From: a candidate division WWE3 bacterium UBA1401
GTDB lineage: Bacteria > Patescibacteriota > WWE3 > UBA101185 > UBA10185
DNA: 64,000 bases
NCBI GenBank assembly: GCA_002305115.1
Contig: DBQF01000001.1
Coordinates: forward strand, 224,916-288,915
Direction: 5' to 3'
A program made the translations under genes and the position numbers. The notes beneath the pieces were generated by a model, which was given only the letters and a program-made list of their open reading frames with translations, did no database searches and was not told where the DNA came from. Below, piece by piece: positions 54,917-64,000 of this stretch. Position 1 is the first letter of the stretch; each line of letters opens with the position of its first letter.

Positions 54917-55060
54917 TTACATACCCAACATTTTCTTGAGTTTGGCTAAAAATCCACCCTCTTGCTGAGGTTCTACTGGTGATGCCTGTTGAGTTTGTGC
55001 TGTCGAATCAACTTGTGGTTCTTGCGGTTGCATTGGTTGCGTGTTATTTTCTTGGTCCAC
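54917..55060 (-). CDS. small Gln/Pro-rich protein with an amphipathic C-terminus (47 aa)
   Basis: Not in the ORF track. GTG at 55060 is preceded by AAAGGAGGTG with an 8-nt spacer. '...QQEGGFLAKLKKMLGM*'. Confidence 0.4.
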   Translation of the reverse strand: MDQENNTQPMQPQEPQVDSTAQTQQASPVEPQQEGGFLAKLKKMLGM

Positions 55061-55139
55061 TTACAAACACCTCCTTTATAACTTAGCAAAATTATTATAT
55101 CCTTGGTCTAATAATAATATTTTCGGAAAGGATAAACAA

Positions 55140-55697
55140 ATGTCTTCAACAAAACATCCAGAACAGCGTGTGGGTATCTTCGTAGATGTACAGAACATGT
55201 ATTATTCCGCCAAAAACCTTTACTCTGCCAAAGTAAACTTTAAACGAGTTTTAGATGAAGGAGTTTCCCAAAGGAAACTTATCAGAGCTTTTGCTTACGT
55301 AATCAAGGCTGACGTAGGTGCTGAGCAGGATTTTTTTGATGCTTTAGCCAAGATAGGTTTTGAAGTTAGAGAAAAAGAGCTTCAGATTTTTTATGGTGGC
55401 GCTAAAAAAGGGGATTGGGATGTAGGTTTATGTATGGACGTTGTGCGTATGATTCCTAAAATTGATGCTATGGTCTTAGTTTCAGGCGATGGTGACTATA
55501 CAGACTTACTGGATTATGCCCGCAGTCAAGGTGTGCGTACCGAGGTTATTGCCTTTGGCAAAACGGCTTCTGGTAAATTAGTAGAACGAGCAGATGAATT
55601 TACTGATCTGGGAGCAGCCCCAAGTAAATATTTAATTAGAAATACCAGGTCAGAACGAACAATCAAGCCCGCGGATGCTGACAAACAAACTCAGTAA
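55140..55697 (+). CDS. NYN-domain (LabA/DUF88) protein
   Basis: 'RVGIFVDVQNMYYSA' and 'VLVSGDGDYTDLL'. Start moved to the ATG at 55140. Confidence 0.8.
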   Translation: MSSTKHPEQRVGIFVDVQNMYYSAKNLYSAKVNFKRVLDEGVSQRKLIRAFAYVIKADVGAEQDFFDALAKIGFEVREKELQIFYGGAKKGDWDVGLCMDVVRMIPKIDAMVLVSGDGDYTDLLDYARSQGVRTEVIAFGKTASGKLVERADEFTDLGAAPSKYLIRNTRSERTIKPADADKQTQ

Positions 55698-57438
55698 AAC
55701 CTTATTATGGCTATTTGAGCGTAAGTACACCAAGTGTTGTCTTGGTGCTGTTGGTGTTGTACTCCTGCTTTTTTCTGCCTATCATCTGTATTTTGCGCAC
55801 AGAATTATTCCTGGAGTTTACGTGGGTGCTGAAGACCTAGGCGGGTTGACTTCCAATCGAGCTCACCGTGTTTTGGAAGAGGCTGGCGCAGAAAATAACA
55901 AAATACTTACACTTACGACCGGTGACTATACTTTTAACGTAACCGCGGCGGATATTGAATTAGAGTACGATTGGAGAAATACCATAGCCAGAGCTTTTGA
56001 AGTTGGTAGAACAGGCAATATTGTTGTGGATACCAAAGATAAGCTAAAGGGGCTTATAAAGCCGGTGCCTCTTAATGCTTTTTATACCTTTAATGAAGAT
56101 TTACTTAGCCAGAAGATAGCCCAGATACAAGCAGAAGTTGCGCAGCCGTCCGAAAGTGCCTCTTTTATTTTGACAAATGGTAGGTTGGAAATAAAGCCTT
56201 CTAGATTTGGTACCGCGGTTTATTCTTCTGAACTCTATAAGATGTTGATAGCTGCCTTTGATAAAGTAGCATTTGGTGTCAAAGAATTACCTATAGAACA
56301 GGATATTCCTGAAATACTGGAAACCGAGCTGCTAACTGTTCAGGAGGAGGTTGCTTCAATTATTGCTCAGGACTTAGCAGTAATTTATGAAGACACGGTC
56401 TGGACTTTGCCTCCAGAGCAACAGTTGGAGTTCTTAAGATTTAAAAAAGATGCAAATGCTAAGTTGGAAATTAGGCTTAATGAAGATAAGTTTGAGGCTT
56501 ATCTAGATGAGTTAAAGCTGGCCATAAACACAACCCCCAAGGGGGAGGTTATGCAGTTGGATGGGGATAAGGTGCTTGATTTCCGAATTATCGAAACCGG
56601 TGTAGCTATAGATGAGAAAGCCTTTACAGAAGCCTTTAAAACTGCCTTGTTTGATAAACAACCTGAGGTGGCTGTTAGTGTGGTTGCCACAGGAGGTTCT
56701 GCTGATGCCTCGGATTATGGTATTTATGCTGTTTTAGGCGAAGGCATGTCACATTATTATGGATCTGCAGCAGGTAGAGTACATAACCTGAATTTGGCTG
56801 CAGAAAGAACTAATGGTGTACTAGTACCGCCAGACGCTGTATATTCGTTTAATGAAGCCGTAGGTGCCATAAGCGCCGCTACCGGTTATGATACTGCATA
56901 TATTATTTCTAATGGTCGCACAATTTTAGGTGAAGGAGGGGGTGTATGCCAGACTTCCACTACTCTTTTCAGAGCTATTCTAGACGCGGGGCTGCCCATT
57001 GTTTCCAGACACCCGCATGCCTACAGGGTTTCTTACTACGAATATGACAAACCAGTAGGGTTTGATGCCTCAATTTTTCAACCTTCCTTAGATCTTAAGT
57101 TCAAAAATGACACTCCTAACTATGTGTTGATCCAAGCTTATTCGGATAGAAGTCAGAGTATGTTGGCATTTAAAATTTTTGGTACCCCGGATGGTAGAAC
57201 TGTGGAAATTTCTGATCCGGTGATTACTAATGTGACTCCCCCACCTGAACCTTTATATAAAGACGATCCCACTTTGCCCGAAGGAACAGTTAAACAAATT
57301 GACTTTGCTGCTTGGGGGGCTAATGTTAGTTTTACCAGAGTAGTTAAGCGCAGTGGTGAAGTTCTGTACGAAGATGTGTTCAGCAGCAGGTATCAGCCGT
57401 GGCAGGCTGTATACCTTAAGGGCACAAAGAAAAACTAG
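55675..57438 (+). CDS. VanW family protein
   Basis: 'GGGVCQTSTTLFRAILDAGLPIVSRHPH' VanW core. N-terminal TM helix. Confidence 0.8.
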   Translation: MLTNKLSKTLLWLFERKYTKCCLGAVGVVLLLFSAYHLYFAHRIIPGVYVGAEDLGGLTSNRAHRVLEEAGAENNKILTLTTGDYTFNVTAADIELEYDWRNTIARAFEVGRTGNIVVDTKDKLKGLIKPVPLNAFYTFNEDLLSQKIAQIQAEVAQPSESASFILTNGRLEIKPSRFGTAVYSSELYKMLIAAFDKVAFGVKELPIEQDIPEILETELLTVQEEVASIIAQDLAVIYEDTVWTLPPEQQLEFLRFKKDANAKLEIRLNEDKFEAYLDELKLAINTTPKGEVMQLDGDKVLDFRIIETGVAIDEKAFTEAFKTALFDKQPEVAVSVVATGGSADASDYGIYAVLGEGMSHYYGSAAGRVHNLNLAAERTNGVLVPPDAVYSFNEAVGAISAATGYDTAYIISNGRTILGEGGGVCQTSTTLFRAILDAGLPIVSRHPHAYRVSYYEYDKPVGFDASIFQPSLDLKFKNDTPNYVLIQAYSDRSQSMLAFKIFGTPDGRTVEISDPVITNVTPPPEPLYKDDPTLPEGTVKQIDFAAWGANVSFTRVVKRSGEVLYEDVFSSRYQPWQAVYLKGTKKN

Positions 57439-57869
57439 TCAGCCCAATAGATATCTATAATTGCTAGTGTTTTGCCCGATTTTTCTTGTCTGGCTGAAGT
57501 GATTTTTACTCGTTCATTTCCGTTTTTGTATTCGGTGCTGTAGAACTCTTCAAGTTGGGTTTCCCGCTCTTTTTGCCAGCCCTGCTCAATTAAAGCTGTC
57601 TGATAGAAGGTCTGTAGCTCAAGTGCGGTTTTGCTGGTATGGAAGACAAGCTGTCTGCCAATAGTTGTTTGTGAGTTGCTTAGTAATGTGTAGTCGGTTG
57701 GGAAAGGTAAACTGCAATCTGTCATGTCTTGTGAGCCTTTTACCTCCTGTCTTTCTTTGTTGATGTCTGGTTTGTAGGTCATAAATTGTGCATAGGAATA
57801 GACAGGAATGCCTAAAACGGCTAGTGTCCCAAGTGCGAAGGTTATGTATTTTTGGGAGTAAATTTGCAT
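57435..57869 (-). CDS. secreted hypothetical protein
   Basis: ORF with a signal peptide. Confidence 0.5.
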   Translation of the reverse strand: MQIYSQKYITFALGTLAVLGIPVYSYAQFMTYKPDINKERQEVKGSQDMTDCSLPFPTDYTLLSNSQTTIGRQLVFHTSKTALELQTFYQTALIEQGWQKERETQLEEFYSTEYKNGNERVKITSARQEKSGKTLAIIDIYWAD

Positions 57870-57927
57870 TGTGTTGATTATAGTAGGGAGGTTGGGGCTG
57901 TGGCAAGTTAGACGTTAGTGTTTTTGC

Positions 57928-57956
57928 TGGCCTGCCAGGTACCATATGGTATCTGG
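57928..57956. repeat. 29-nt hairpin element, copy 2 (abuts the tRNA-Glu fragment)
   Basis: TGGCCTGCCAGGTACCATATGGTATCTGG. See 53656-53684. Confidence 0.6.
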
Positions 57957-57981
57957 TGACCCACGGGGAGTCGAACCCCGT
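57954..57981 (-). repeat. orphan copy of the tRNA-Glu 3' end (T-arm + acceptor + CCA)
   Basis: TGGTGACCCACGGGGAGTCGAACCCCGT vs 59607-59634 TGGTGACCCCACGGGGAGTCGAACCCCG (one 1-nt indel). No matching 5' half nearby. Confidence 0.75.
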
Positions 57982-58032
57982 TGATAGAATGATTGAGTTT
58001 ATTAATAGCTGCATTTGATTTCAGTGTAAGTA

Positions 58033-58596
58033 CTAATTGCTTATATATTCATTTTTATAGCCCGTGAACACTTTACTTATATCATCAATAGATCTGATCC
58101 CGAGATCCCAAGAGTCTAAAGCTTCGGCAAAAATTATATAATGCCCATAATCTTTTACAGCGTGTAAAGTACTCATCTCAGGATTCACTTGGTGCCATTT
58201 ATCGTTAATATAAACTTCGGCAAAAACATGCCCTCTAAAAGGTCCTTCATAGTCTGGATCAAGATACTTCTTATCTATGGCTTCAATATATTTTGTGGGG
58301 ATACCCTTAGCACGGGTTAACGTAACAAAAACAAGAGCAACATCTGTACATCCTGTAAAAAAGCCATCTTCTAGTATTTTGTCTGCAGATCTATTTCTAA
58401 ATATATCTCTCCAATTATGATGTTTCCTTTCCATTTTCAAATCTTTATTTATTCTCACAAGGGTATTAACTACAAAGTCAAATTTGTCACCTGTGATTCC
58501 TTTAATATAATCCTTAATCTTTTTAGTTATTTCAGTTTGTGGCCCTTCTTGGAGCCAATAATTGAGATCTTTCATATTACTGATTATACATTTCAA
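58033..58596 (-). CDS. transglutaminase-like cysteine peptidase domain protein
   Basis: 'FTGCTDVALVF' (Cys), 'GHVFAEVY' (His) and 'WHQVNP'. Confidence 0.65.
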   Translation of the reverse strand: MKCIISNMKDLNYWLQEGPQTEITKKIKDYIKGITGDKFDFVVNTLVRINKDLKMERKHHNWRDIFRNRSADKILEDGFFTGCTDVALVFVTLTRAKGIPTKYIEAIDKKYLDPDYEGPFRGHVFAEVYINDKWHQVNPEMSTLHAVKDYGHYIIFAEALDSWDLGIRSIDDISKVFTGYKNEYISN

Positions 58597-58660
58597 ACGA
58601 GTTGGGAGTGCAAACTAGTGTGTAAAACCATAGTTTGCACTCCTGCGCCCGTCTCTTTCC

Positions 58661-59524
58661 TTATTCAGCAAGTGCCCGTTGGGTTTCTTGCACACGTGTC
58701 TGAATGTGTACCATGATTTTCCTAATAGCTTCACAAGCTGGGGTTTTCTCAGCGAGCATACCCTCTCCCAAATACTTGTGAAAGGAGCATCCATTGTGAC
58801 AAGCACATAGCCAGGGGCATTCCTGACACTCGTCGGATAAACGTAAGGCTTTTGATAGGTACTCTTGCCTTCTGCTGCCAGTGAGGATCTGATCCAAAGG
58901 AGTGGATCTTAAGTTTCCGAGATCAACACCGGAATATCCGGACATCCGTCCACATGGGTACACAGTTCCGTCAGCGTCTATTTCAAGAAAACGCCAACAT
59001 CCATTAGACATAGAACACAAGTAAGGTTGTTTCCCTATTGCTGCCTCAACATAAGAATACAAAGTTCGTACTCTCACGGAGGGGTTATCCTCTTTCCACC
59101 AAAGGTTGAATACACTGCAGAAGAAATCTGCGTACTGCTCAGGTTGGATAGGGAATAGCAGGTCACCATTCACTCCGATAGGAGAAAAACAGGGTGTAAA
59201 GCTAAACGATCTGAAGTGTTGTCTAAAGAATCGATAGAATCTTTCCGGCTGTGTTACATTCACAGAATTTATGACAGCACTTACGCCCACTTGTACACCC
59301 ATCTCCTTAAGGAGGACATAAGCAGCAAAAGACCTACCGAATGTACCAACACCTCCTTTGTCCTTTCGAAATGTGTTATGCATATCAGCAGGACCATCAA
59401 TGCTCATACCAACCTTCCATCCATTCTGGAGCAAAAAATTCCCCCATTCACGGGTAATCAGAGACCCATTAGTCTGCAGCCACTTTGCCCACCTCCTTTC
59501 CCTATAGATTTCCCATATTATACA
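58661..59524 (-). pseudogene. radical-SAM/SPASM maturase (anaerobic sulfatase-maturase-like), 5'-truncated
   Basis: The ORF has the 'GMSIDGP' region and SPASM Cys clusters ('CSMSNGCW', 'YPCG', 'CQECPWLCACHNGC'). The frame is open only to 59524, and the N-terminal CxxxCxxC radical-SAM motif is absent. Confidence 0.6.
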
Positions 59525-59606
59525 TTATTGATATACAAAGAAGCACGATTTGTTTACTTTAAAGAGAGATTATTTGTTGCTATGATGGATAGGAGATGAT
59601 TGGTTA

Positions 59607-59681
59607 TGGTGACCCCACGGGGAGTCGAACCCCGGTTACCAGGATGAGAACCTGACGTCCTAACCACTAGACGATGGGGCC
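59607..59681 (-). tRNA. tRNA-Glu (anticodon CTC), CCA encoded
   Basis: Manual cloverleaf: GGCCCCA TC GTCT AGTGGTTA GGAC G TCAGG TTCTCAT CCTGG TAAC CGGGG TTCGACT CCCCG TGGGGTC A CCA. Confidence 0.85.
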
Positions 59682-59741
59682 ACATCTGCTCTTACCAGCG
59701 CTATTATAGCAGAGATTTTGAACAGCAGCCCCTTTAGTTAA

Positions 59742-60158
59742 TCAGAATTTTTCCAGCTTTATTTCCTCGTATATCTTAAAATCACTTACGTTATTAGTTG
59801 CTATATGCGTTACAGCATTTGTTAAAGCTGTTGCTACCAGATAAGTATCATAAATATCATTTGATGTAATCTTATATTTTCTGACTAATTCATAAAACGT
59901 ATCTCTTGTTTCTATGTTAGGTGTTATATGTGTGCACTCATCCGAAATTCTCCGGACTGCTTGTAATGCTGTTCTTGTATTAACAGCTTTTTTGTACTTT
60001 GTATGGGTAAGAATACGTATAGCTTCGTTAACGCTTTGATCCGCTATTGCCAGCTTTGGTAAATTACTGTTTATATATTCTCGAGCCCTTTCGCAATCCG
60101 TGTCAGACTCGTTAATTGCATACACGATAATATTTGTATCTAGAAGAATCTCATGCAT
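59742..60158 (-). CDS. PIN-domain toxin (VapC-type)
   Basis: 'ILLDTNIIVYAI' N-terminus and later acidic residues 'DTYLVATAL...ATNNVSDF'. Confidence 0.8.
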   Translation of the reverse strand: MHEILLDTNIIVYAINESDTDCERAREYINSNLPKLAIADQSVNEAIRILTHTKYKKAVNTRTALQAVRRISDECTHITPNIETRDTFYELVRKYKITSNDIYDTYLVATALTNAVTHIATNNVSDFKIYEEIKLEKF

Positions 60159-60161
60159 ACT

Positions 60162-60395
60162 TTAGTCTTCGTAATAATCTTTTCTACTTAGGTTATGTGG
60201 TATATCTAGGTCTAGTCCTATGAAATCTATTTTCTTCTTTTTGCTAGGCATTTGCTTTTGCAATTCGGAGAATAAGGCTCTGTTGAAAATTTCTTGCAAT
60301 GTTACGTTTTCGCGAATAGCTTGAATTTCAGCCAATTTTTTTAGCTGCTTGTTTATATATAAGGTTGTTCTGACCTTCTGTGGTTGTGCATTCAT
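60162..60395 (-). CDS. putative antitoxin of the PIN toxin
   Basis: 77-aa ORF 3 nt upstream of the PIN gene. N-terminal beta-strand/helix pattern 'VRTTLYINKQLKKLAEIQA'. Confidence 0.55.
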   Translation of the reverse strand: MNAQPQKVRTTLYINKQLKKLAEIQAIRENVTLQEIFNRALFSELQKQMPSKKKKIDFIGLDLDIPHNLSRKDYYED

Positions 60396-60480
60396 ATTCG
60401 CATGCTAGCATAAAAGCATATATATGTCTATCATTGTTGTATAGATTGCATATATTTAAGATATAATTACCGAACAAAAC

Positions 60481-61125
60481 ATGAACATCACAAGTCTCCT
60501 CAACACTCCCATAGACCAGCTAGACTTCTCCGTAGTAGACGTAGAAACTACCGGTATGAACGCAGAATATGGCAGGGTGATTGATATTGGCATTGTGAAA
60601 ATGAGAGGTTCCAAAGTTATTGAAAAATGGGAAACACTAATAGACCCTAAGCAGGAAGTGCCCTACTGGATAACTCACTATACTCACTTATCAAATAAAG
60701 ACGTTGATGGTCAACCTACGTTTGATTATGTTATGGAAAAGATTAGTGGCTTGCTGCAAAACTCTGTTTTTGTTGCACACAACGTGATGTTTGATTATAG
60801 TTTTTTGTTTCATGAGTATAAACGTAACGACGCCTCCTTTGAACTGCCTAAGCTTTGTACTGTGCAGCTTGGTAGGCGATTAGTGCCTGAGCTCCCTAGA
60901 TTTAATCTAGATACTTTGTCTTTTTATTTTGGTATAAAAATTGTTAATAGGCACAGAGCCATGCCAGATGCAGAGGCAACGGCGGTTATTTTTGGGAATT
61001 TTTTATCACTTGCCCAAGAGGAGTATAGAGTTAGGAACTTTCTGGATTTGGAAAGACTTCAGAGGTTTGGTTTTAAAAAACCAGAAGACACAAAGACACT
61101 GAGTTTATTTGAAAACTACCCCTAA
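60481..61125 (+). CDS. DnaQ-like 3'-5' exonuclease (DEDDh)
   Basis: 'FSVVDVETTGM', 'FVAHNVMFDYSFL' and 'HRAMPDAEA'. Confidence 0.8.
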   Translation: MNITSLLNTPIDQLDFSVVDVETTGMNAEYGRVIDIGIVKMRGSKVIEKWETLIDPKQEVPYWITHYTHLSNKDVDGQPTFDYVMEKISGLLQNSVFVAHNVMFDYSFLFHEYKRNDASFELPKLCTVQLGRRLVPELPRFNLDTLSFYFGIKIVNRHRAMPDAEATAVIFGNFLSLAQEEYRVRNFLDLERLQRFGFKKPEDTKTLSLFENYP

Positions 61126-61232
61126 ACGTCTATTGCTTTTGCCAGAAGCCAATAAGAAAACGCCTTATACAAATGTTTTCACATTGCATAAGGCGTCTCT
61201 CCTTTCACAAATCACAAAACATCTGTTTCTGT

Positions 61233-62033
61233 TTAATATTCTTGCGAATATTCCGGATGACAACTGTAACAAGGCTGATTGTGCTCTTGGGTAGGACAAG
61301 GTACGTAATCGGGTTTGTATTCCTCTCTTGTTGGACACGGAACATATTCTCTTGTTGGATAAGGTTCATATTCTTTGGTTGGGCATGGCACATAATGAGG
61401 TTTTTCCGTGGGATAGGGTTCACACGTTGGGCATGGAGAGCATGTGGGGCAAGGTGAACTTGTAGGATAAGGTGTATACGTTGGTGCCGGCGTTACTGTG
61501 GGTAACTCGCCGCCACCTGCCTCCGGCAGTAGCTCCGCTGGCGGCATGGTCAGTGCCCTTGGTGCCACAATCCCCACTTCCCGTACCGTATCGCTTTCAT
61601 TAATCCTGGCCGTGACGCGCAGCAACAACGCGCATGCCTGTATATCTTGCGCTACGGTTATTCTGCCTGTTGGATTTACCATCGAGTCCCATACTAATTC
61701 ATCTTCACCAACCAACTCTTCATCTATCGGCATGTAAAGCTGTGCCCTGATTGTTGTGCGTTCTCCTTCAGGGGCAGGTGTGACTATTATGCCCCAGACA
61801 AGATCATCTTCTTCCCAAAGGTACCATACTCGAAGGACAAAACCTCCTTCTCTTATAGCAAAGCTTTGGCTATTTTCTGGAAGACTGTCCTCCAGAAGAT
61901 TTTCCAGTGGTTCTTCCTGTGGCGTCATTTGAAGCTGGAGTTCATCTCTTTGGTTGAATGCCCCCAAAAAAAGCCCTAGCGCAAGTAGAATAAACACTAC
62001 CGCTATAATCCCTATTATTATCCACTTTACCAT
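61233..62033 (-). CDS. membrane-anchored protein with a Cys/Pro/Tyr-rich repeat tail; GC-richer than its neighbours
   Basis: N-terminal TM 'WIIIGIIAVVFILLALGLFLGAF'. C-terminal '...SPCPTCSPCPTCEPYPTEKPHYVPCPTKEYEPYPTREYVPCPTREEYKPDYVPCPTQEHNQPCYSCHPEYSQEY'. Confidence 0.65.
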   Translation of the reverse strand: MVKWIIIGIIAVVFILLALGLFLGAFNQRDELQLQMTPQEEPLENLLEDSLPENSQSFAIREGGFVLRVWYLWEEDDLVWGIIVTPAPEGERTTIRAQLYMPIDEELVGEDELVWDSMVNPTGRITVAQDIQACALLLRVTARINESDTVREVGIVAPRALTMPPAELLPEAGGGELPTVTPAPTYTPYPTSSPCPTCSPCPTCEPYPTEKPHYVPCPTKEYEPYPTREYVPCPTREEYKPDYVPCPTQEHNQPCYSCHPEYSQEY

Positions 62034-62159
62034 CTTGGCTACTCCTTACTATATATTCTTAAGGTGCTTTTAGACCATAATCTTTCCTTGTTTGTTAACA
62101 CGGTATCAGTTTGGTGTATTACTGTTGTAAGAGCTTGTTAAGAAGCAAGTTAGTTTTTG

Positions 62160-62570
62160 TTAAGTGTGAATATGCAGTTCCTGGGCTAATTTGAGTATTG
62201 TGAGTATTACTGTCACTAAGACTAAAGTAACCGAATTAATAGTTGGTTCTTTACTTAGGAAATAACGTAGGCCTGCATAAAATACAAAATAAAATTCAAA
62301 AACATTTGGAAAAATAACAAGGTATATACCATTGCTTGTGTATAAAAATAAAGTAGTGCCTATTACCCTTAGTAAAAATGTTATTGTAGCGATTAATTTG
62401 GCATTTACTTGCTGCCACTTACGTGTTGTTATAAAAGCAAGGAATAAAAAATATATATCGAGCAGCTTATCTATAGCCTGGTACTGGGAATTCTCAAGCT
62501 GATTCAAAATCTCCCAGTCTACAAAGTCCGCCAGCATCGCTACTATGATTCCTGGAAATGGTTGTATCAA
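62160..62570 (-). CDS. small integral membrane protein
   Basis: ORF with 3-4 TM helices. Confidence 0.5.
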   Translation of the reverse strand: MIQPFPGIIVAMLADFVDWEILNQLENSQYQAIDKLLDIYFLFLAFITTRKWQQVNAKLIATITFLLRVIGTTLFLYTSNGIYLVIFPNVFEFYFVFYAGLRYFLSKEPTINSVTLVLVTVILTILKLAQELHIHT

Positions 62571-62671
62571 TATAGCTAGTGGTAATATTAGTCTGGCTAG
62601 AATTATATAAAGTATGCCTGTATTTTAGCCTGTTTACAGAAAATTGTTATTCTACTAAGATAAATACGTAC

Positions 62672-64000
62672 ATGCCGTTTTTTACCAGACAGCTCAAACA
62701 AAGTTCAGCGCTGCTATTTTTGGCTTTTTTTTCTGTCCTACTGTCTAGAAAAGCTGTAGCTCAAGATTTGCAGGTAATTGGTGCATCTGCTTCTTCTTAT
62801 GCAGCTGCTGTAGAACGATGCGAGAGCTTTGATAACCCCAATAGGTATATACCTCCCCAGCAAGGTGTATTTCAGTGCCACTCGATGAATGCCGGTTATT
62901 TTGCTAAAGACTTTGTATATGGAGGAGACCTTATTTTGGAATGGGCCGCTTTCGAACCTTCTCCCGGAAACTACGATTACTCACAAATAGATAGATTTTT
63001 AGACACCCTGAAATCTGCAGGTAGAAGGGGCTATATTCTTTTCCAAACGTATGATTATGATCTTGACACTGCCTCTGGCACACGCAGCAAGGGGTTGCCT
63101 ACCTGGTTAGAAACTGATCCTTACAACGTGCCTACAGTAGCTTTTGGTTCCAGAAATATGGCACTTCCTGTTCCCTGGAACAATGATTATATGAATAGGC
63201 ATGGTGAAGCAATAGCAGCTTTAGGCAGTTATTTAAGGGCTCATGATCCTTGTAAGTTAATTCAAGCAGTGCAAATGTCTGCTGGTGGTTTATGGGGGGG
63301 AGCTTCTATTTATTCTCCTACTATAGATAATCCTCAAAAACGAAACTTTATTGCAGCCTATAATCGTAGTTATGATCCAGAGTCTGGGCCTCCATCAGAT
63401 GAATTAAGACGTAACTTTGCCCGTAACTATTCCGATACTCTTAAAGAAACTATAAACAGGTATATGCATGGGATAACTGATCGCCCTGTTGTACTAATAA
63501 ATGCGAAAGCCCCAGGGTTTTCCTATGAGGCACCTGATCTTTTACCCGGTTATTCCAGCAGTACTCTTACTGAATATTCACATTATGCTGTTAGCACTTA
63601 TGGCGGCAGAATGTTTATGAAGGAGGCTGGTGTAGGGGGCCACGATGACAGTTGCGGCATTCGGCCTTATATGTATAATTTTTGTTCCGAGGCTTCCGGT
63701 AGTGGTTTGGGCAGATGCGTTTTTGGTAACTGCCCTGCAACCAGGTGTTTGAGTGAACCTTATCTTAGGTTTGAGGATTTTGTTGAAAGCGGCTGTAATT
63801 ATGGTTATTTGTATGCACACGAGGCTATGAACATGGACACAAAACAGCCATCTGGTGAAGAAATGCGTGGAGAAACCGTACTGTCTATTAGGTCTTCTGC
63901 TTCTTGTATATATTCCGGTCCCTTGCAAGATTCTGCTCTCGATTGGGTACATGAGAAATTGTCAGGTTATTCGGGTTTTCATATAGATATCAATGCTGTT
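62672..64000 (+). CDS. secreted protein, possibly a TIM-barrel glycoside hydrolase; 3' end lies outside the window
   Basis: Not in the ORF track because no stop lies within the window. I read an uninterrupted frame from the ATG at 62672 to 64000 (443 codons). Signal peptide 'LLFLAFFSVLLSRKAVAQ'. 'LEWAAFEPSPGNYDYSQIDRFLDTLKSAG' resembles GH42/GH35-type motifs. Confidence 0.55.
   Translation, partial: MPFFTRQLKQSSALLFLAFFSVLLSRKAVAQDLQVIGASASSYAAAVERCESFDNPNRYIPPQQGVFQCHSMNAGYFAKDFVYGGDLILEWAAFEPSPGNYDYSQIDRFLDTLKSAGRRGYILFQTYDYDLDTASGTRSKGLPTWLETDPYNVPTVAFGSRNMALPVPWNNDYMNRHGEAIAALGSYLRAHDPCKLIQAVQMSAGGLWGGASIYSPTIDNPQKRNFIAAYNRSYDPESGPPSDELRRNFARNYSDTLKETINRYMHGITDRPVVLINAKAPGFSYEAPDLLPGYSSSTLTEYSHYAVSTYGGRMFMKEAGVGGHDDSCGIRPYMYNFCSEASGSGLGRCVFGNCPATRCLSEPYLRFEDFVESGCNYGYLYAHEAMNMDTKQPSGEEMRGETVLSIRSSASCIYSGPLQDSALDWVHEKLSGYSGFHIDINAV

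Noticed and set aside
63578-63952. 124-aa ORF on the minus strand.
   Set aside because: It lies antisense within the long uninterrupted + strand ORF 62672->64000, which has a signal peptide and hydrolase-like motifs.
1-64000. CRISPR arrays, rRNA genes, transposases, integrases and prophage structural genes.
   Set aside because: I saw no regularly spaced direct repeats, rRNA-like conserved blocks, DDE or tyrosine/serine recombinase motifs, or capsid, terminase or portal-like ORFs while reading the sequence and the ORF track.

Overview
AT-rich (about 35-40% GC by eye), gene-dense bacterial window. It uses the standard genetic code: TGA, TAA and TAG all end conserved ORFs at the expected lengths. 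Shine-Dalgarno sites are strong (AGGAGG) and many genes overlap by 4 nt at start/stop. Gene content includes ADP-forming acetyl-CoA synthetase, 2-oxoacid:ferredoxin oxidoreductase, a small NiFe hydrogenase, GT-C/GT39 glycosyltransferases, L,D-transpeptidases, nucleoside and queuine-precursor salvage genes, mini GIY-YIG genes and a four-helix-bundle gene. This suggests a fermentative small-genome organism, plausibly CPR/Patescibacteria (inference only). I call about 75 CDS or pseudogenes and 3 tRNAs (Pro-GGG, Gln-CTG, Glu-CTC). I found no rRNA, CRISPR array, integrase or transposase. Main observations, in order of interest: (1) A 244-aa reverse transcriptase with no thumb region overlaps a FEN-type 5' nuclease, which overlaps a FemAB/CelD-like acyltransferase; a hairpin sits at the predicted TSS. 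(2) This operon lies in a 7.4-kb segment bracketed by ~190-bp direct repeats that carry copies of the tRNA-Pro 3' end. (3) A ~700-nt ORF-free locus (16.5-17.2 kb) is packed with long stems supported by strand-specific G-U pairs, with its own promoters and terminators; one module is a 182-nt 6S-like rod. (4) A dispersed repeat family rich in stop codons (TTAG/TCAG) also forms ~30-bp inverted arms around the four-helix-bundle gene. (5) There is an NpmA/KamB-like 16S rRNA m1A1408 methyltransferase. (6) An acetyl-CoA synthetase is fused to an FNR-like module next to the oxidoreductase genes. (7) Both tRNA-Pro and tRNA-Glu show insertion scars. (8) Two GC-rich genes look foreign. All family assignments come from reading motifs in the supplied translations; no searches were run.
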